Shown piece by piece: positions 52,826-62,545 of a stretch of 64,000 bases of DNA. The stretch is from a virus, in IMG/VR virus record IMGVR_UViG_3300045988_079665. One strand, written 5' to 3'. The notes below the pieces were generated by a model. It saw only the letters and a program-made list of their open reading frames with translations, had not been told where the DNA came from and did no database searches. A program made the position numbers and the translations under genes. Position 1 is the stretch's first letter. Every line of letters begins with the position of its first letter.

Positions 52826-54907
52826 ATGGCATTGAATATCACACAGGATGATTATAATATTCTTAGACAATCATATATCAAGCAATATATTAAACTAGAC
52901 CTATTGGATTTCAACATGAACGTCGTAGATGAACTAAGCGGAAATCTGATTGGATTATCAGTTACAGTTGATGCTAATGCTGATTTGCGGCGTTCATGTG
53001 AATGTAGCTTAGTTGTTACGGACAACTCCTTTGAGATTAAGGCTGGCGGTAAGATTTTTCTTGACAAATATATTCGTCCGTGGATAGGTTATTTGAATAT
53101 CCGTACAGGTAATATCCAGTGGTATAATCAGGGTATATATCTAATCAATGCACCTAGTTATCAATATGATGCGGCGACATATACATTATCTTTCTCAGGG
53201 CTTGACTTGATGTCCAAATTGACAGGGTTGAGAAATGGTGAACTGCCGGGTGTGCCAACTAAAATACCTATTGGCTCAGATGTGCGTGGTGCTATTATCG
53301 CCGCATTGGAATTAGGCGGGTTTAATAAGTATATAGTAAGTGAATGCAAAAATGTGGATGATACCATACAAGAAGTACCATATGATATTGAGATAGCACA
53401 AGGCGGCACAGTATATGACATTCTCAAAGAGCTATGTGCTATATTGCCACAATATCAGATGTATTTTGATACAGATGGCGTATTTCACTATGAGCTAATT
53501 CCAACTGGCGCGAACGACCCTGTGCTAATTGATGACGATATGTGGCAGAATATCCTTATCTCAGAATCAGTAAGTACAGATTTTGAGAATGTCAAGAATT
53601 ATATAGAGGTATATGGACGAAGCCATGATATTGACCATTTCAGCGATAAGACAACTGTATCAGGCTCAACTGTGACATTGCATATCCCGTCATTAACACC
53701 AACTGAAACAGGTGGCTCACCATTACAAGAATGGACAGAAATTGGCTTTGTTCCGCCTAGTGATGTAACAGGTGATATCCAGCTTACAATTACAGCTGGT
53801 GCTAGTGAAGCAGAGCCTACCACATTAGGCACATATAAATTTGTCAATAAAGATGGCTCATATGTAAACAAGCTTGAAAAAGACAAATATTATGTTGGAC
53901 AATTCCAAGCGGACGACACATTTTTAGACCTAGGACAAGACCAAGCATATGGAATAGCATATGATAATAACCCAGACAGCCCATTTTATGTGGGTGACCC
54001 TGTTGGTTCTAGCTCCGTTGGTATTATTAGACATGTGTGCTATAGTGGAGAATATGATAATATCACATCTAATGATTTAGCCAAGCAGAGAGCTGACCTT
54101 GAATTATATTGGAGCTGTCGGCTTAATGATAGCATATCATTAGCTACTATACCAATTCCATGGTTAGATGTCAACATTATTATGAGCCATGCCATGAAAT
54201 TGCAAGGCGACCCAAAGAAATATATGATACAGTCATATAATGCAACATACGGTGAATCAAATAGTATGACCATATCAGCGTCAAGTTGGTATCCATATTA
54301 TCTTGTAGATGGAACACAAGAGCCGGTTGAGCTAGAATATATTATGTCAACTGGAACACAATTCATCAGCACGGGTTTTATCCCTAATAATAATACGCGT
54401 GTCCAGATGACATTAGCAATACTTAATGATGTTAGCGGATATTTATTTGGCTCACATTATACTAACGAGAAAGAAAAGCAGGAAGACCCAGATACATACA
54501 CTTATTATTCATTACAATATGATAAGGGTGTGTTTACAATGGGATACGACCAAGAAAATACCAAGACGTTGACTATAGAGCCAACTTTTAATCGTATTAC
54601 GGTTGACATGAATAAAAACCAGCTTACTGTCAATGGACAATCTATTCAGTATGATGCAAAAGAATTCAAGATGAAAAATAATATGGCGCTATTGACTTAT
54701 ACTAAAGACGGATTCTTCCAGACTCCCTGTTTGTCATCATTTTTATATTCATGTAAGATATGGGACGATGGTGTATTGATTAGGGATTATATTCCATATC
54801 AAAATAAATTGGGCGATGTCGGATTATGGGATAAAGTGCATAGCGTATTTTATGGCAATTTTGGCACGGGTAAATTTATTGCTGGGCCAATTGTTAAAAA
54901 AGAATGA
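52826..54907 (+). CDS. tail-associated (Tal-like) baseplate protein (693 aa)
   Basis: Position and size. Confidence 0.5.
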   Translation: MALNITQDDYNILRQSYIKQYIKLDLLDFNMNVVDELSGNLIGLSVTVDANADLRRSCECSLVVTDNSFEIKAGGKIFLDKYIRPWIGYLNIRTGNIQWYNQGIYLINAPSYQYDAATYTLSFSGLDLMSKLTGLRNGELPGVPTKIPIGSDVRGAIIAALELGGFNKYIVSECKNVDDTIQEVPYDIEIAQGGTVYDILKELCAILPQYQMYFDTDGVFHYELIPTGANDPVLIDDDMWQNILISESVSTDFENVKNYIEVYGRSHDIDHFSDKTTVSGSTVTLHIPSLTPTETGGSPLQEWTEIGFVPPSDVTGDIQLTITAGASEAEPTTLGTYKFVNKDGSYVNKLEKDKYYVGQFQADDTFLDLGQDQAYGIAYDNNPDSPFYVGDPVGSSSVGIIRHVCYSGEYDNITSNDLAKQRADLELYWSCRLNDSISLATIPIPWLDVNIIMSHAMKLQGDPKKYMIQSYNATYGESNSMTISASSWYPYYLVDGTQEPVELEYIMSTGTQFISTGFIPNNNTRVQMTLAILNDVSGYLFGSHYTNEKEKQEDPDTYTYYSLQYDKGVFTMGYDQENTKTLTIEPTFNRITVDMNKNQLTVNGQSIQYDAKEFKMKNNMALLTYTKDGFFQTPCLSSFLYSCKIWDDGVLIRDYIPYQNKLGDVGLWDKVHSVFYGNFGTGKFIAGPIVKKE

Positions 54908-54916
54908 GGTGATTAA

Positions 54917-55243
54917 ATGGCGACTAAATTTCCCGGTCAAGTTGATATATTTCCAACTATGCTAGATATTACAGCTGATGATGCTGAGTTGGTTAAGCAA
55001 TATCAAGATGCTATGGAGGCTGGTAGTTATGATGTGGCGCAACAGGTATTATCTCAAATACCAAATGGACAACAGAAGATTATTTCAGCTGGTCTTATGA
55101 ATGATGTGCTAGACGGGCTTACAGCAACAGAGCAATATTTTGGCGATAGATATAGCCCCGGTTATGTTGTATCTGAGACGCAACCGACATTTCAGCAAGC
55201 TACGGATTTTTGGTTTCATGTGACAGGAGCGGCTAGTATATGA
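54917..55243 (+). CDS. tail module protein (108 aa)
   Basis: ORF track. Confidence 0.65.
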   Translation: MATKFPGQVDIFPTMLDITADDAELVKQYQDAMEAGSYDVAQQVLSQIPNGQQKIISAGLMNDVLDGLTATEQYFGDRYSPGYVVSETQPTFQQATDFWFHVTGAASI

Positions 55244-55527
55244 TGACAATGAAATATCAAGATTTACACCTGACTGATGTTGAATTAAATACACGGTTCA
55301 AGCAGTATATGGTGACTGGGCAGTATGAGGAGGCTCTTGCCATTCTAAAAAATGACCAGTTAACAGATAAGACAGTAGTAGCCGCATTATTCAATTATGT
55401 GACTGGGCGCATTGTTGCAGTTCAATCAACATCAGACCCTACATTTAAGCAGGATAAAATCAAGGTTGCCGCTGAGCCTCCGGCGGGCATAACAAGCGGA
55501 CAAGTATACTTCAAATTGAAGGAGTGA
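55240..55527 (+). CDS. tail module protein (95 aa)
   Basis: ORF track. Confidence 0.65.
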   Translation: MMTMKYQDLHLTDVELNTRFKQYMVTGQYEEALAILKNDQLTDKTVVAALFNYVTGRIVAVQSTSDPTFKQDKIKVAAEPPAGITSGQVYFKLKE

Positions 55528-56867
55528 ACAAATTGGCTGAAAAGAAAAATTTTATCATAGAGAATTATAATGGCACAGATTATGACACACTATATCCAGA
55601 AACAAATAGTGGACAGGTACTATTAGATAGTGTTGCTCAAGCCAGTACTAACCTTTCATCTGGTTCAACGCTAGATGATGCGCTAAATGGTATTACTAAA
55701 GACGGTGGTGGATTCCAAGTTGGTGATACATTGACAACGGCTAGAAAAAATTTAGGTAATAAATGGCTATTGTGCAATGGTGCACATGTTTTAACAGAAA
55801 ATTATCCAGAGCTTGGAGAATTGTTTGATTCGAAGGAATTTGATTGGACAGTAATAGGTGACTCCGGTAAGACAATATTAAACTTTGCAACGAATGCAGA
55901 CCAAACAAATGAGAAATTTCTAATTTCAACAAATGATGGGGTATATTTTGGTAGCACTTTGGTTAATAGCGCTTCTTGGACTAAATTATTCACCTATACA
56001 AATGCTGACGTATATTATCTAAATAACACATGGATAGTAATTAGTGATACTAATTGGAAATATTATTCTGGTAATGAAGTCACGGCAGATAATTTTGCTA
56101 ACATTTCAGTTCCTAGTTCACCAAGGTACACTTTCGATGACATTGCTTATAGTGGAGACAAATATTATATTTTGTCTAAGTATACAAAAAGCGATAATAC
56201 CGAAAAAGATGTTTTAATTTATACAGATTTAGCGGTCGTTCCATCCACTGTAGATACTAATTATAACAGCTCCTATCGTGCATGGTCGGCACTGTATCCT
56301 GTACCAAATGGTGTAGCGACAACAGGACATATTTATTCATCGACATCACAACAAAACATCCCCATTCTTTTGATAACGTCTAACGGAACAACAGAGTTGT
56401 TTACATCTGATGCCCCGTATTATGACCAGATACCAAAACTATCTATGTTTAGACATGCACTTTGTTATTTTAACAACAAATATTACATTTATAAATGCAC
56501 CGATATTTCAACTAGTGACACAACCACCACATATCACAAATCCTTATATAGCAGCGATACTATTAACGGTACGTACACTATTGTCCAAAATACCAATTCT
56601 ACTAGTTATATGAATCATCCATTTGTATTTTCTGATAACTTCTTAATTTCGTATTATGGATGTTATATTGACAAAGAGAATGTTGCACATCCATGGGATT
56701 CAGACCTGTCGACTCCAACAGATATCGAAGTTGGCGCAGATAAATATTATGCTACAATTGGTAGTATTGTGTATAGTTGCCCTAAATCACAACATTTTGT
56801 ATTGCCCACAGTATCTGTTGCAGATGGGTTGTATACCTACATTAAGGCAAAATCAAAAAGTAATTAA
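55524..56867 (+). CDS. tail fibre/receptor-binding candidate (447 aa)
   Basis: Position; N-terminus NYNGTDYDTLYPETNSGQV is fibre-like. Confidence 0.5.
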   Translation: MNKLAEKKNFIIENYNGTDYDTLYPETNSGQVLLDSVAQASTNLSSGSTLDDALNGITKDGGGFQVGDTLTTARKNLGNKWLLCNGAHVLTENYPELGELFDSKEFDWTVIGDSGKTILNFATNADQTNEKFLISTNDGVYFGSTLVNSASWTKLFTYTNADVYYLNNTWIVISDTNWKYYSGNEVTADNFANISVPSSPRYTFDDIAYSGDKYYILSKYTKSDNTEKDVLIYTDLAVVPSTVDTNYNSSYRAWSALYPVPNGVATTGHIYSSTSQQNIPILLITSNGTTELFTSDAPYYDQIPKLSMFRHALCYFNNKYYIYKCTDISTSDTTTTYHKSLYSSDTINGTYTIVQNTNSTSYMNHPFVFSDNFLISYYGCYIDKENVAHPWDSDLSTPTDIEVGADKYYATIGSIVYSCPKSQHFVLPTVSVADGLYTYIKAKSKSN

Positions 56868-56882
56868 AATGGAGGGAAGTAT

Positions 56883-57092
56883 ATGATTATAACTCCACAA
56901 TTACCGGCAAGAGCTGGGTATGTAGAAATCGTTGACGAGTATGACAATCATGTATATGCACCTACTCAAGATACGATTGATAAACAAGCACAACAGGCTC
57001 TAATTGATGAGCTACAAACAAAACTGAATGAAGCCAATAAGGTTATCGATACTATGATTGGCTTGTCTACAAAAGAGGAGGTGGCTGAATAA
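56883..57092 (+). CDS. hypothetical protein (69 aa)
   Basis: ORF track. Confidence 0.6.
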   Translation: MIITPQLPARAGYVEIVDEYDNHVYAPTQDTIDKQAQQALIDELQTKLNEANKVIDTMIGLSTKEEVAE

Positions 57093-57739
57093 TGGAAAGA
57101 ATTGCATATGCAGAACAATTTAGAAAAGCAGTGCAGTATTTCGCTACAACTCTACCAGAAGAAAAAGCGCTAGTTGTATCTAGTATCTTTGATGAATGGG
57201 CTGTTAATGTAAAATATGTAACTGGTGAATGGGTGGCGTATGGTGTTAATACTGTAGGCGACCCACAGCTATATCAGGTGCTACAAGATCATACATCTGC
57301 GGCTGAATGGACACCAGATACGGCCACTAGCCTGTATAAGGCGGTTGGCATTGACTCAACTGGTATCCCTCTATGGGTTCAGCCACTAGGCGCGACCGAC
57401 GCATATAAGCTCGGTGATATCGTTATGCACAATGGGAAGAAATGGAAAAGTTCTATTGACAACAATGTATGGGAACCGGGCGTATATGGCTGGGAAGAAG
57501 TGACTGAATCCACAGGAGATGGTGGTGATTCAGGTGGAACTGGTGGAGGCAGTACAACTGAGCCGGAAACCCCACCTGCTGAAACAATCCCCGATTTTGT
57601 CCAACCAACAGGCGCACATGACGCATATAAGAAGGGCGATAAAGTGAGATTCAATGGCAAGATTTATGAGAGCCTAATTGATGCTAATGCATATAGCCCG
57701 TCTGACTATCCTGCTGGTTGGAAGGAAATTACTGAATAA
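57092..57739 (+). CDS. protein with two CBM5/12-like carbohydrate-binding repeats
   Basis: VQPLGATDAYKLGDIVMHNGKKWKS...W and VQPTGAHDAYKKGDKVRFNGKIYES...W separated by a Gly/Ser/Thr linker. Confidence 0.55.
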   Translation: MERIAYAEQFRKAVQYFATTLPEEKALVVSSIFDEWAVNVKYVTGEWVAYGVNTVGDPQLYQVLQDHTSAAEWTPDTATSLYKAVGIDSTGIPLWVQPLGATDAYKLGDIVMHNGKKWKSSIDNNVWEPGVYGWEEVTESTGDGGDSGGTGGGSTTEPETPPAETIPDFVQPTGAHDAYKKGDKVRFNGKIYESLIDANAYSPSDYPAGWKEITE

Positions 57740-57762
57740 TAGGAATATAGGAGGAATATAAA

Positions 57763-58080
57763 ATGGATTATACTCAGATTATTGTTAGTGTTATTAGTCT
57801 TATCGTTGCTGTTCTTACTGGTGTTCTTGTACCATATCTCAAGCAGAAATATGGTGAAACTAAGATTGCCCAGACACAGCAATATGTAGATATTGCAGTC
57901 AGAGCCGCAGAACAACTGTTCAAGACCGAACAAGCACAAGAGAAAAAGGCATATGTTGTCAATTACCTGTCTGAGCGTGGCATTAAGTTCGATACGGCTA
58001 CTATTGAGAATATGATTGAATCCAGCGTCCTACTGCTCCACAATGAGCTATATGGCACTAAGCAAGAGGAGAATAAATAA
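57763..58080 (+). CDS. holin (LL-H-type layout)
   Basis: Single N-terminal TM IIVSVISLIVAVLTGVLVPYL, helical tail, immediately upstream of the endolysin. Confidence 0.65.
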   Translation: MDYTQIIVSVISLIVAVLTGVLVPYLKQKYGETKIAQTQQYVDIAVRAAEQLFKTEQAQEKKAYVVNYLSERGIKFDTATIENMIESSVLLLHNELYGTKQEENK

Positions 58081-58748
58081 TGGCTGTTTATATTGGTCAA
58101 GCTAGCATTGATGAAAATGGCGGCATTAAGAATGGCCAAGCTGGTAATCAATCAGGTCGTGAGCTGAATCGGTCTAATTGGTATAATGGCGGTTGGACAT
58201 TACTGATTCGAGCTAAAGACCCAAAGACGGCTGAAAAGATGGCTAAGGCGTGTGAAGCCGGTGTAGCTAATAAAAATATTGGCTATGATCAATGGCAGAG
58301 AAATACGCTTAGAGTTGAAGCAAAGAAAGCTAGTTGGAATCTAGGCGCAATCAAGACGCCATGTGAAACAGACTGTAGTGCATTTATGGCGGTTTGCGCT
58401 GAAGCTGCTGATGTCAATATGGATGTGGCATATACACAGGGTAATGCTCCTGCTACATTCCAGATGAAACAGCAATGGGCTAAGACGGGTAAATTTGAGA
58501 TGATTACAGATAAGAAATATCTAACATCTAGTGATTATCTCAAGCGTGGCGATGTGCTAGTTAATGAGTCTAGACATACCGTAATGGTGCTTAACGATGG
58601 GTCTAAAGCCGAACAGATTGATGAGAAGCATGAGGCAAACAAAGCCAAGGTAAAGAGCCGTTTTGGATTTACCGATGCTACAGTAAATTGGCTAGATACA
58701 TATAAATATAATAAAGACCTGATGGATAAATTAGCTAATAAGGGATGA
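58080..58748 (+). CDS. endolysin, Cys-His peptidoglycan amidohydrolase type (Amidase_5-like)
   Basis: GYDQWQR...CETDCSAFM...GDVLVNESRHTVMV; ATGA-type coupling to the holin. Confidence 0.6.
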   Translation: MAVYIGQASIDENGGIKNGQAGNQSGRELNRSNWYNGGWTLLIRAKDPKTAEKMAKACEAGVANKNIGYDQWQRNTLRVEAKKASWNLGAIKTPCETDCSAFMAVCAEAADVNMDVAYTQGNAPATFQMKQQWAKTGKFEMITDKKYLTSSDYLKRGDVLVNESRHTVMVLNDGSKAEQIDEKHEANKAKVKSRFGFTDATVNWLDTYKYNKDLMDKLANKG

Positions 58749-58754
58749 TAACCC

Positions 58755-59015
58755 ATGTTTAAACTTAGAAATAAGCGAAGATGGGCTAAAGGGGAAATGA
58801 GCCGGACGATAGTAATATACTGTCTCCGGCTCTTAACTTTAGTAATGATATGGGCAGCTTGCCTAAAGACATATGCTATTATACGCTGGGGTGAGACAAT
58901 TGGGTGTGACCTTAGTGATGTGCTGATATATGCAGCTGGTGCATTTGGCTTTGAGCTGATTTCTTTGGCATTCAAGCGCATCTTTGCTAAGAAGAATGAA
59001 GAGGTAGAAATATGA
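58755..59015 (+). CDS. two-TM membrane protein (86 aa), lysis accessory candidate
   Basis: ORF track. Confidence 0.6.
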   Translation: MFKLRNKRRWAKGEMSRTIVIYCLRLLTLVMIWAACLKTYAIIRWGETIGCDLSDVLIYAAGAFGFELISLAFKRIFAKKNEEVEI

Positions 59016-59501
59016 AAATTTTAGCCAAAGATGGTAAAGCAATTAAGCTTAATGGGGGAGTGATATTGCCTCCTTCTGCCGCTGGCTCTGATGTTAATAT
59101 CCAATATAATGTAATCGACGCATCTTTTTTTTGAAAGAAATAAAAGTGACGGTAGCGTAACAATCAATCTACCAACAACCGCTAACAATTGGGCGTTTTT
59201 AGTGCAAGGTACTGGAGTTATGACAGATTATAATACAGGTTTAGTCCCGGCGAGTGGAGACGAATCACCAAGCAGCTTTATGATGTTTGCTAGTTTTGAT
59301 AGTAATGACGCAGAGAATAATACCCTATATTCTGCTTGCGGTTATTTATATAATGTTGAATCTGACACAGGTTTAATGTTTGTGCCAATTAAATATGAAA
59401 ATAATAAATATCAACTACCGTTTATTGTTGAATTTGCTAAAGAAAGTTATTTTATTTGGACAGTCACATCAGTTTGTTATTCTGTTTTAATAACGTGGTA
59501 A
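59012..59501 (+). pseudogene. fibre-module gene split by a frameshift at T8 (59125-59132)
   Basis: ATG 59012 frame stops at TGA 59132-34; frame of 59202..59501 is open from 59115; removing one T gives about 162 codons. Confidence 0.6.
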
Positions 59502-59526
59502 TAATAAATAAAAACAAGGAAAGGAG

Positions 59527-60240
59527 TTGGTAGAGGTGAATATAACATTAACAGGTAAGAAAATATCACAAGATGAGCGGATTTTAGCGTTCAAGAAAGA
59601 TAATTTGACTGCTCAGATGACATTCACTGTGGACACTGACGATTCTTGGGTATACAAGCTAGATGTGCGATTACCTGAAAAATGCTGCACTGGCGAAGAA
59701 TTGTTCAATATTATTGATCTGCCAATGGACGCAAACCGCACTTGCACGATTGATGTCACGGCGGCTATGGTGCCCCTTACTGGCAAATATACCATGCAGT
59801 TGCGCGGCATTAGTGGCGAACAGGTGTATCATAGTGATACATTTGAAGTATGGGTTAAGTACAGTATAGACCCCGGCATGGCATATGACCCAGTTCCTAG
59901 CGAATTTTATCAAATTGAGCAAAATATAACAGAAATTAACAATCATCCTCCTTATCCTGATATTAGTGGATTCTGGATGATATGGAATCCGCAAACACAT
60001 AAATATGAATTGAGTGATATTCCTGTGCCTACTGAGGGTGGCGGCGATAAGACATATGTATTCACTCAAGCCACAGCATCAGACACATGGGAAATTAAGC
60101 ACAACCTATATAAATACCCATCTGTATCTATTGTAGATACTGGGGATAATATAGTATATGGTGACGTTGAATATATAGATATTAACAATTGTGTATGTCA
60201 TTTTTCCGCGCCATTTAGCGGAAAGGCGTATTTGAATTAA
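59527..60240 (+). CDS. tail fibre-associated protein (237 aa)
   Basis: ORF track. Confidence 0.65.
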   Translation: MVEVNITLTGKKISQDERILAFKKDNLTAQMTFTVDTDDSWVYKLDVRLPEKCCTGEELFNIIDLPMDANRTCTIDVTAAMVPLTGKYTMQLRGISGEQVYHSDTFEVWVKYSIDPGMAYDPVPSEFYQIEQNITEINNHPPYPDISGFWMIWNPQTHKYELSDIPVPTEGGGDKTYVFTQATASDTWEIKHNLYKYPSVSIVDTGDNIVYGDVEYIDINNCVCHFSAPFSGKAYLN

Positions 60241-60255
60241 GGAGGATAATATAAT

Positions 60256-62073
60256 ATGAAATATGTAAATTCATTAAATCTATTACAGAACGAACTACAA
60301 AATGCCGTAATTCAGGTGCTAGCTACTGACCCAGCCAATGGCAAGATGGGGCAGATTTATTATAATAGCACAATTAAGGCGCTCATGCAGTATGATGGCA
60401 CACAGTGGAATAGAGTTGGCGTTGTATATCAGCAAGATTCAACAACTGGCGCGGTCATTACTGGACTTGATGCTAGCGGCAATGTAACCACTACTAATGT
60501 CACGGGTCTTACTCTGACTGATTATACCCCTGTTGAGGACGGCTATGTGTCTGCCAATATGAGCTTGGAGGATGCACTTAAGGCTCTTGATACAGCTGTT
60601 AAGAATGCTGTAGCTGGTGGTGGTGAAGTCAACCAGAACGCATGGTCTAATATTAGCGTTAAGAAGCAAAGCACAGCTACTACAGCGGTTACGGGAGCTG
60701 CGGCCGATACGACCATTGCCGCTACTGCCAAGACGGATACATTCTCTGTAGCATCTGGTAACAAATGGGTTGATGTTGGTTCAACTGGTAAGCAAATCAA
60801 TATTGGGCATAGTCTGAGCGGTGTTACAGCTGGTACTACAGGTGCGGCTAATTCCGTTCCTGCTATCACGGTTGATGCGGCTGGTCATATTACCAAGGTT
60901 GAGGCTAAGACAATCACCGCTGCTGCTATTGGTGCTGACCCTGCCGGTTCTGCTGCGGCTGTTCTAGGCGTTGATGGCGACACTAGCGATAAGAATACGG
61001 TATTTGGCGTTAAGGCGCTAGCTACTCAGGCATCTGCTGATGCGGCTGCTGCTGAAGCGTTAGCCAATGAGAAGGTGGCATCTGTTGGTGCTACTGCTAA
61101 TGGCGGCATTGAAATTGGTGGCACGGCAACTGAGCCTACTGTTGGCATTAAGCTAGACCCAGCAAGTGGCAATGCGGCTACTTTAGGTGCGGCTGGTCTT
61201 ATGGTTACCATTCCAGAAGTGACAGTTCCAGAATATACAATCAAAAAGCTAGCCACAGCTACCACAGGCTATTTAGCATCTTATCAGCTTGAGAAAGATG
61301 GAGCCAAAGCTGGTGAGGTCATTAACATTCCCAAGGACTATCTAGTAAAGAGCGCTGAAATCAAGACCTCTACTGGCACGGCTGACCCATCCAAGTTACC
61401 TGAAGGCTCTAAGTATATTGACTTCGTTATCAATACTTATGATACTGCATCTGGTACTGGTACAGAGAGCCATATCTATCTAGATGTTCAGAGCCTAGTT
61501 GATGTTTATACAGCTGGTAATGGTATTGAGATTAGTGAGGCAAATGCTATCTCAGCAAAGGTCGTTGCGGCTAATGGTTTATCTGTTGGCGCAACTGGTA
61601 TTGCTATGGCTCTTGTATCTGCTGATACAAATGGCGCAATGTCTAGTACACAGTTTACCAAACTAGCAGGTATTGATGAAGGCGCAACTAAGAATACCAT
61701 TACTCTCAATGGCACAGTAACAAAGACTCCCAGCTTCTATGCACCTACTACGGCTGGTACATCTGGTCAGCATCTAGTATCTAATGGTACAGGTGCGCCA
61801 ACATGGCAGAATATGCCAACTATTCTCAAGAAATATACGGCTACTAATGGCGCTATCACGGCGGTTGGCGGTGCGTTCTCTTGGACTATTGCGGCTGCTA
61901 CCCATGGTGTTTCTAGCCCTATTGCTGTACAGGTATATGAAGTTTCAACTGGCGGCATGGTGTTAACAGATGTTAGTGTTGCGACTAATGGTAATGTAAC
62001 GATTGGAATTAACGATACTGAAAATGCTGGCACTCTAACAGCTGGCACATATCGGGTTGTTATTATCGGATAA
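60256..62073 (+). CDS. tail fibre protein, Ala/Gly/Thr-rich (605 aa)
   Basis: ORF track; composition and position. Confidence 0.6.
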   Translation: MKYVNSLNLLQNELQNAVIQVLATDPANGKMGQIYYNSTIKALMQYDGTQWNRVGVVYQQDSTTGAVITGLDASGNVTTTNVTGLTLTDYTPVEDGYVSANMSLEDALKALDTAVKNAVAGGGEVNQNAWSNISVKKQSTATTAVTGAAADTTIAATAKTDTFSVASGNKWVDVGSTGKQINIGHSLSGVTAGTTGAANSVPAITVDAAGHITKVEAKTITAAAIGADPAGSAAAVLGVDGDTSDKNTVFGVKALATQASADAAAAEALANEKVASVGATANGGIEIGGTATEPTVGIKLDPASGNAATLGAAGLMVTIPEVTVPEYTIKKLATATTGYLASYQLEKDGAKAGEVINIPKDYLVKSAEIKTSTGTADPSKLPEGSKYIDFVINTYDTASGTGTESHIYLDVQSLVDVYTAGNGIEISEANAISAKVVAANGLSVGATGIAMALVSADTNGAMSSTQFTKLAGIDEGATKNTITLNGTVTKTPSFYAPTTAGTSGQHLVSNGTGAPTWQNMPTILKKYTATNGAITAVGGAFSWTIAAATHGVSSPIAVQVYEVSTGGMVLTDVSVATNGNVTIGINDTENAGTLTAGTYRVVIIG

Positions 62074-62091
62074 TATAAGGAATCTAATTAA

Positions 62092-62131
62092 ATATCCCCA
62101 TGATTTTGATATGTCGTGGGGATATATTTTT
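62092..62131 (+). terminator. intrinsic terminator
   Basis: ATATCCCCA-16 nt-TGGGGATAT + ATTTTT. Confidence 0.8.
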
Positions 62132-62147
62132 AGAAAGGAGGAATTTT

Positions 62148-62525
62148 ATGAAGAATCTATCATCGTATAATCAAGATTTATCCGTTCCACGCAAGAAAGA
62201 TATTGACGCAAAGCAGAATAAAATCACCGTCAATGGTATTGTTCAAGGTGATGGAGCTGGTAATCTATCTGCCGTTGAGACGGTAAATGCTGATTTACTT
62301 GATTTGAATCCAGCCGCTGTTGGATTGGGTAATGTTGATAATGTCAAGCAATACAGTGCATCTAATCCACCTCCTTATCCTGTCACAAGTGTAAATGGCA
62401 AAACAGGAAACGTGACGATTGATATACCGGTTGCTGGCACTAGCATCTCAACGAGTGGTACTCAACCAGTAGGTCAATCGGTTGGCGATTATTGGTATCG
62501 AATTACAGGAAAAGCAAATATGTGA
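62148..62525 (+). CDS. fibre-like protein (125 aa)
   Basis: ATG 62148 after AGGAGGAA; LGNVDNVKQYSASNPPPYPVTSVNGKTGNV. Confidence 0.6.
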   Translation: MKNLSSYNQDLSVPRKKDIDAKQNKITVNGIVQGDGAGNLSAVETVNADLLDLNPAAVGLGNVDNVKQYSASNPPPYPVTSVNGKTGNVTIDIPVAGTSISTSGTQPVGQSVGDYWYRITGKANM

Positions 62526-62545
62526 GGAGGGTGGTAGATTAGGTC

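Noticed and set aside
27301-62073. Stop-codon recoding (TAG or TGA reassignment) in late genes, given the odd phage tRNAs
   Set aside because: All large structural ORFs (terL, portal, capsid, TMP exons, fibres) are long and uninterrupted under the standard code. The TMP breaks are explained by introns.
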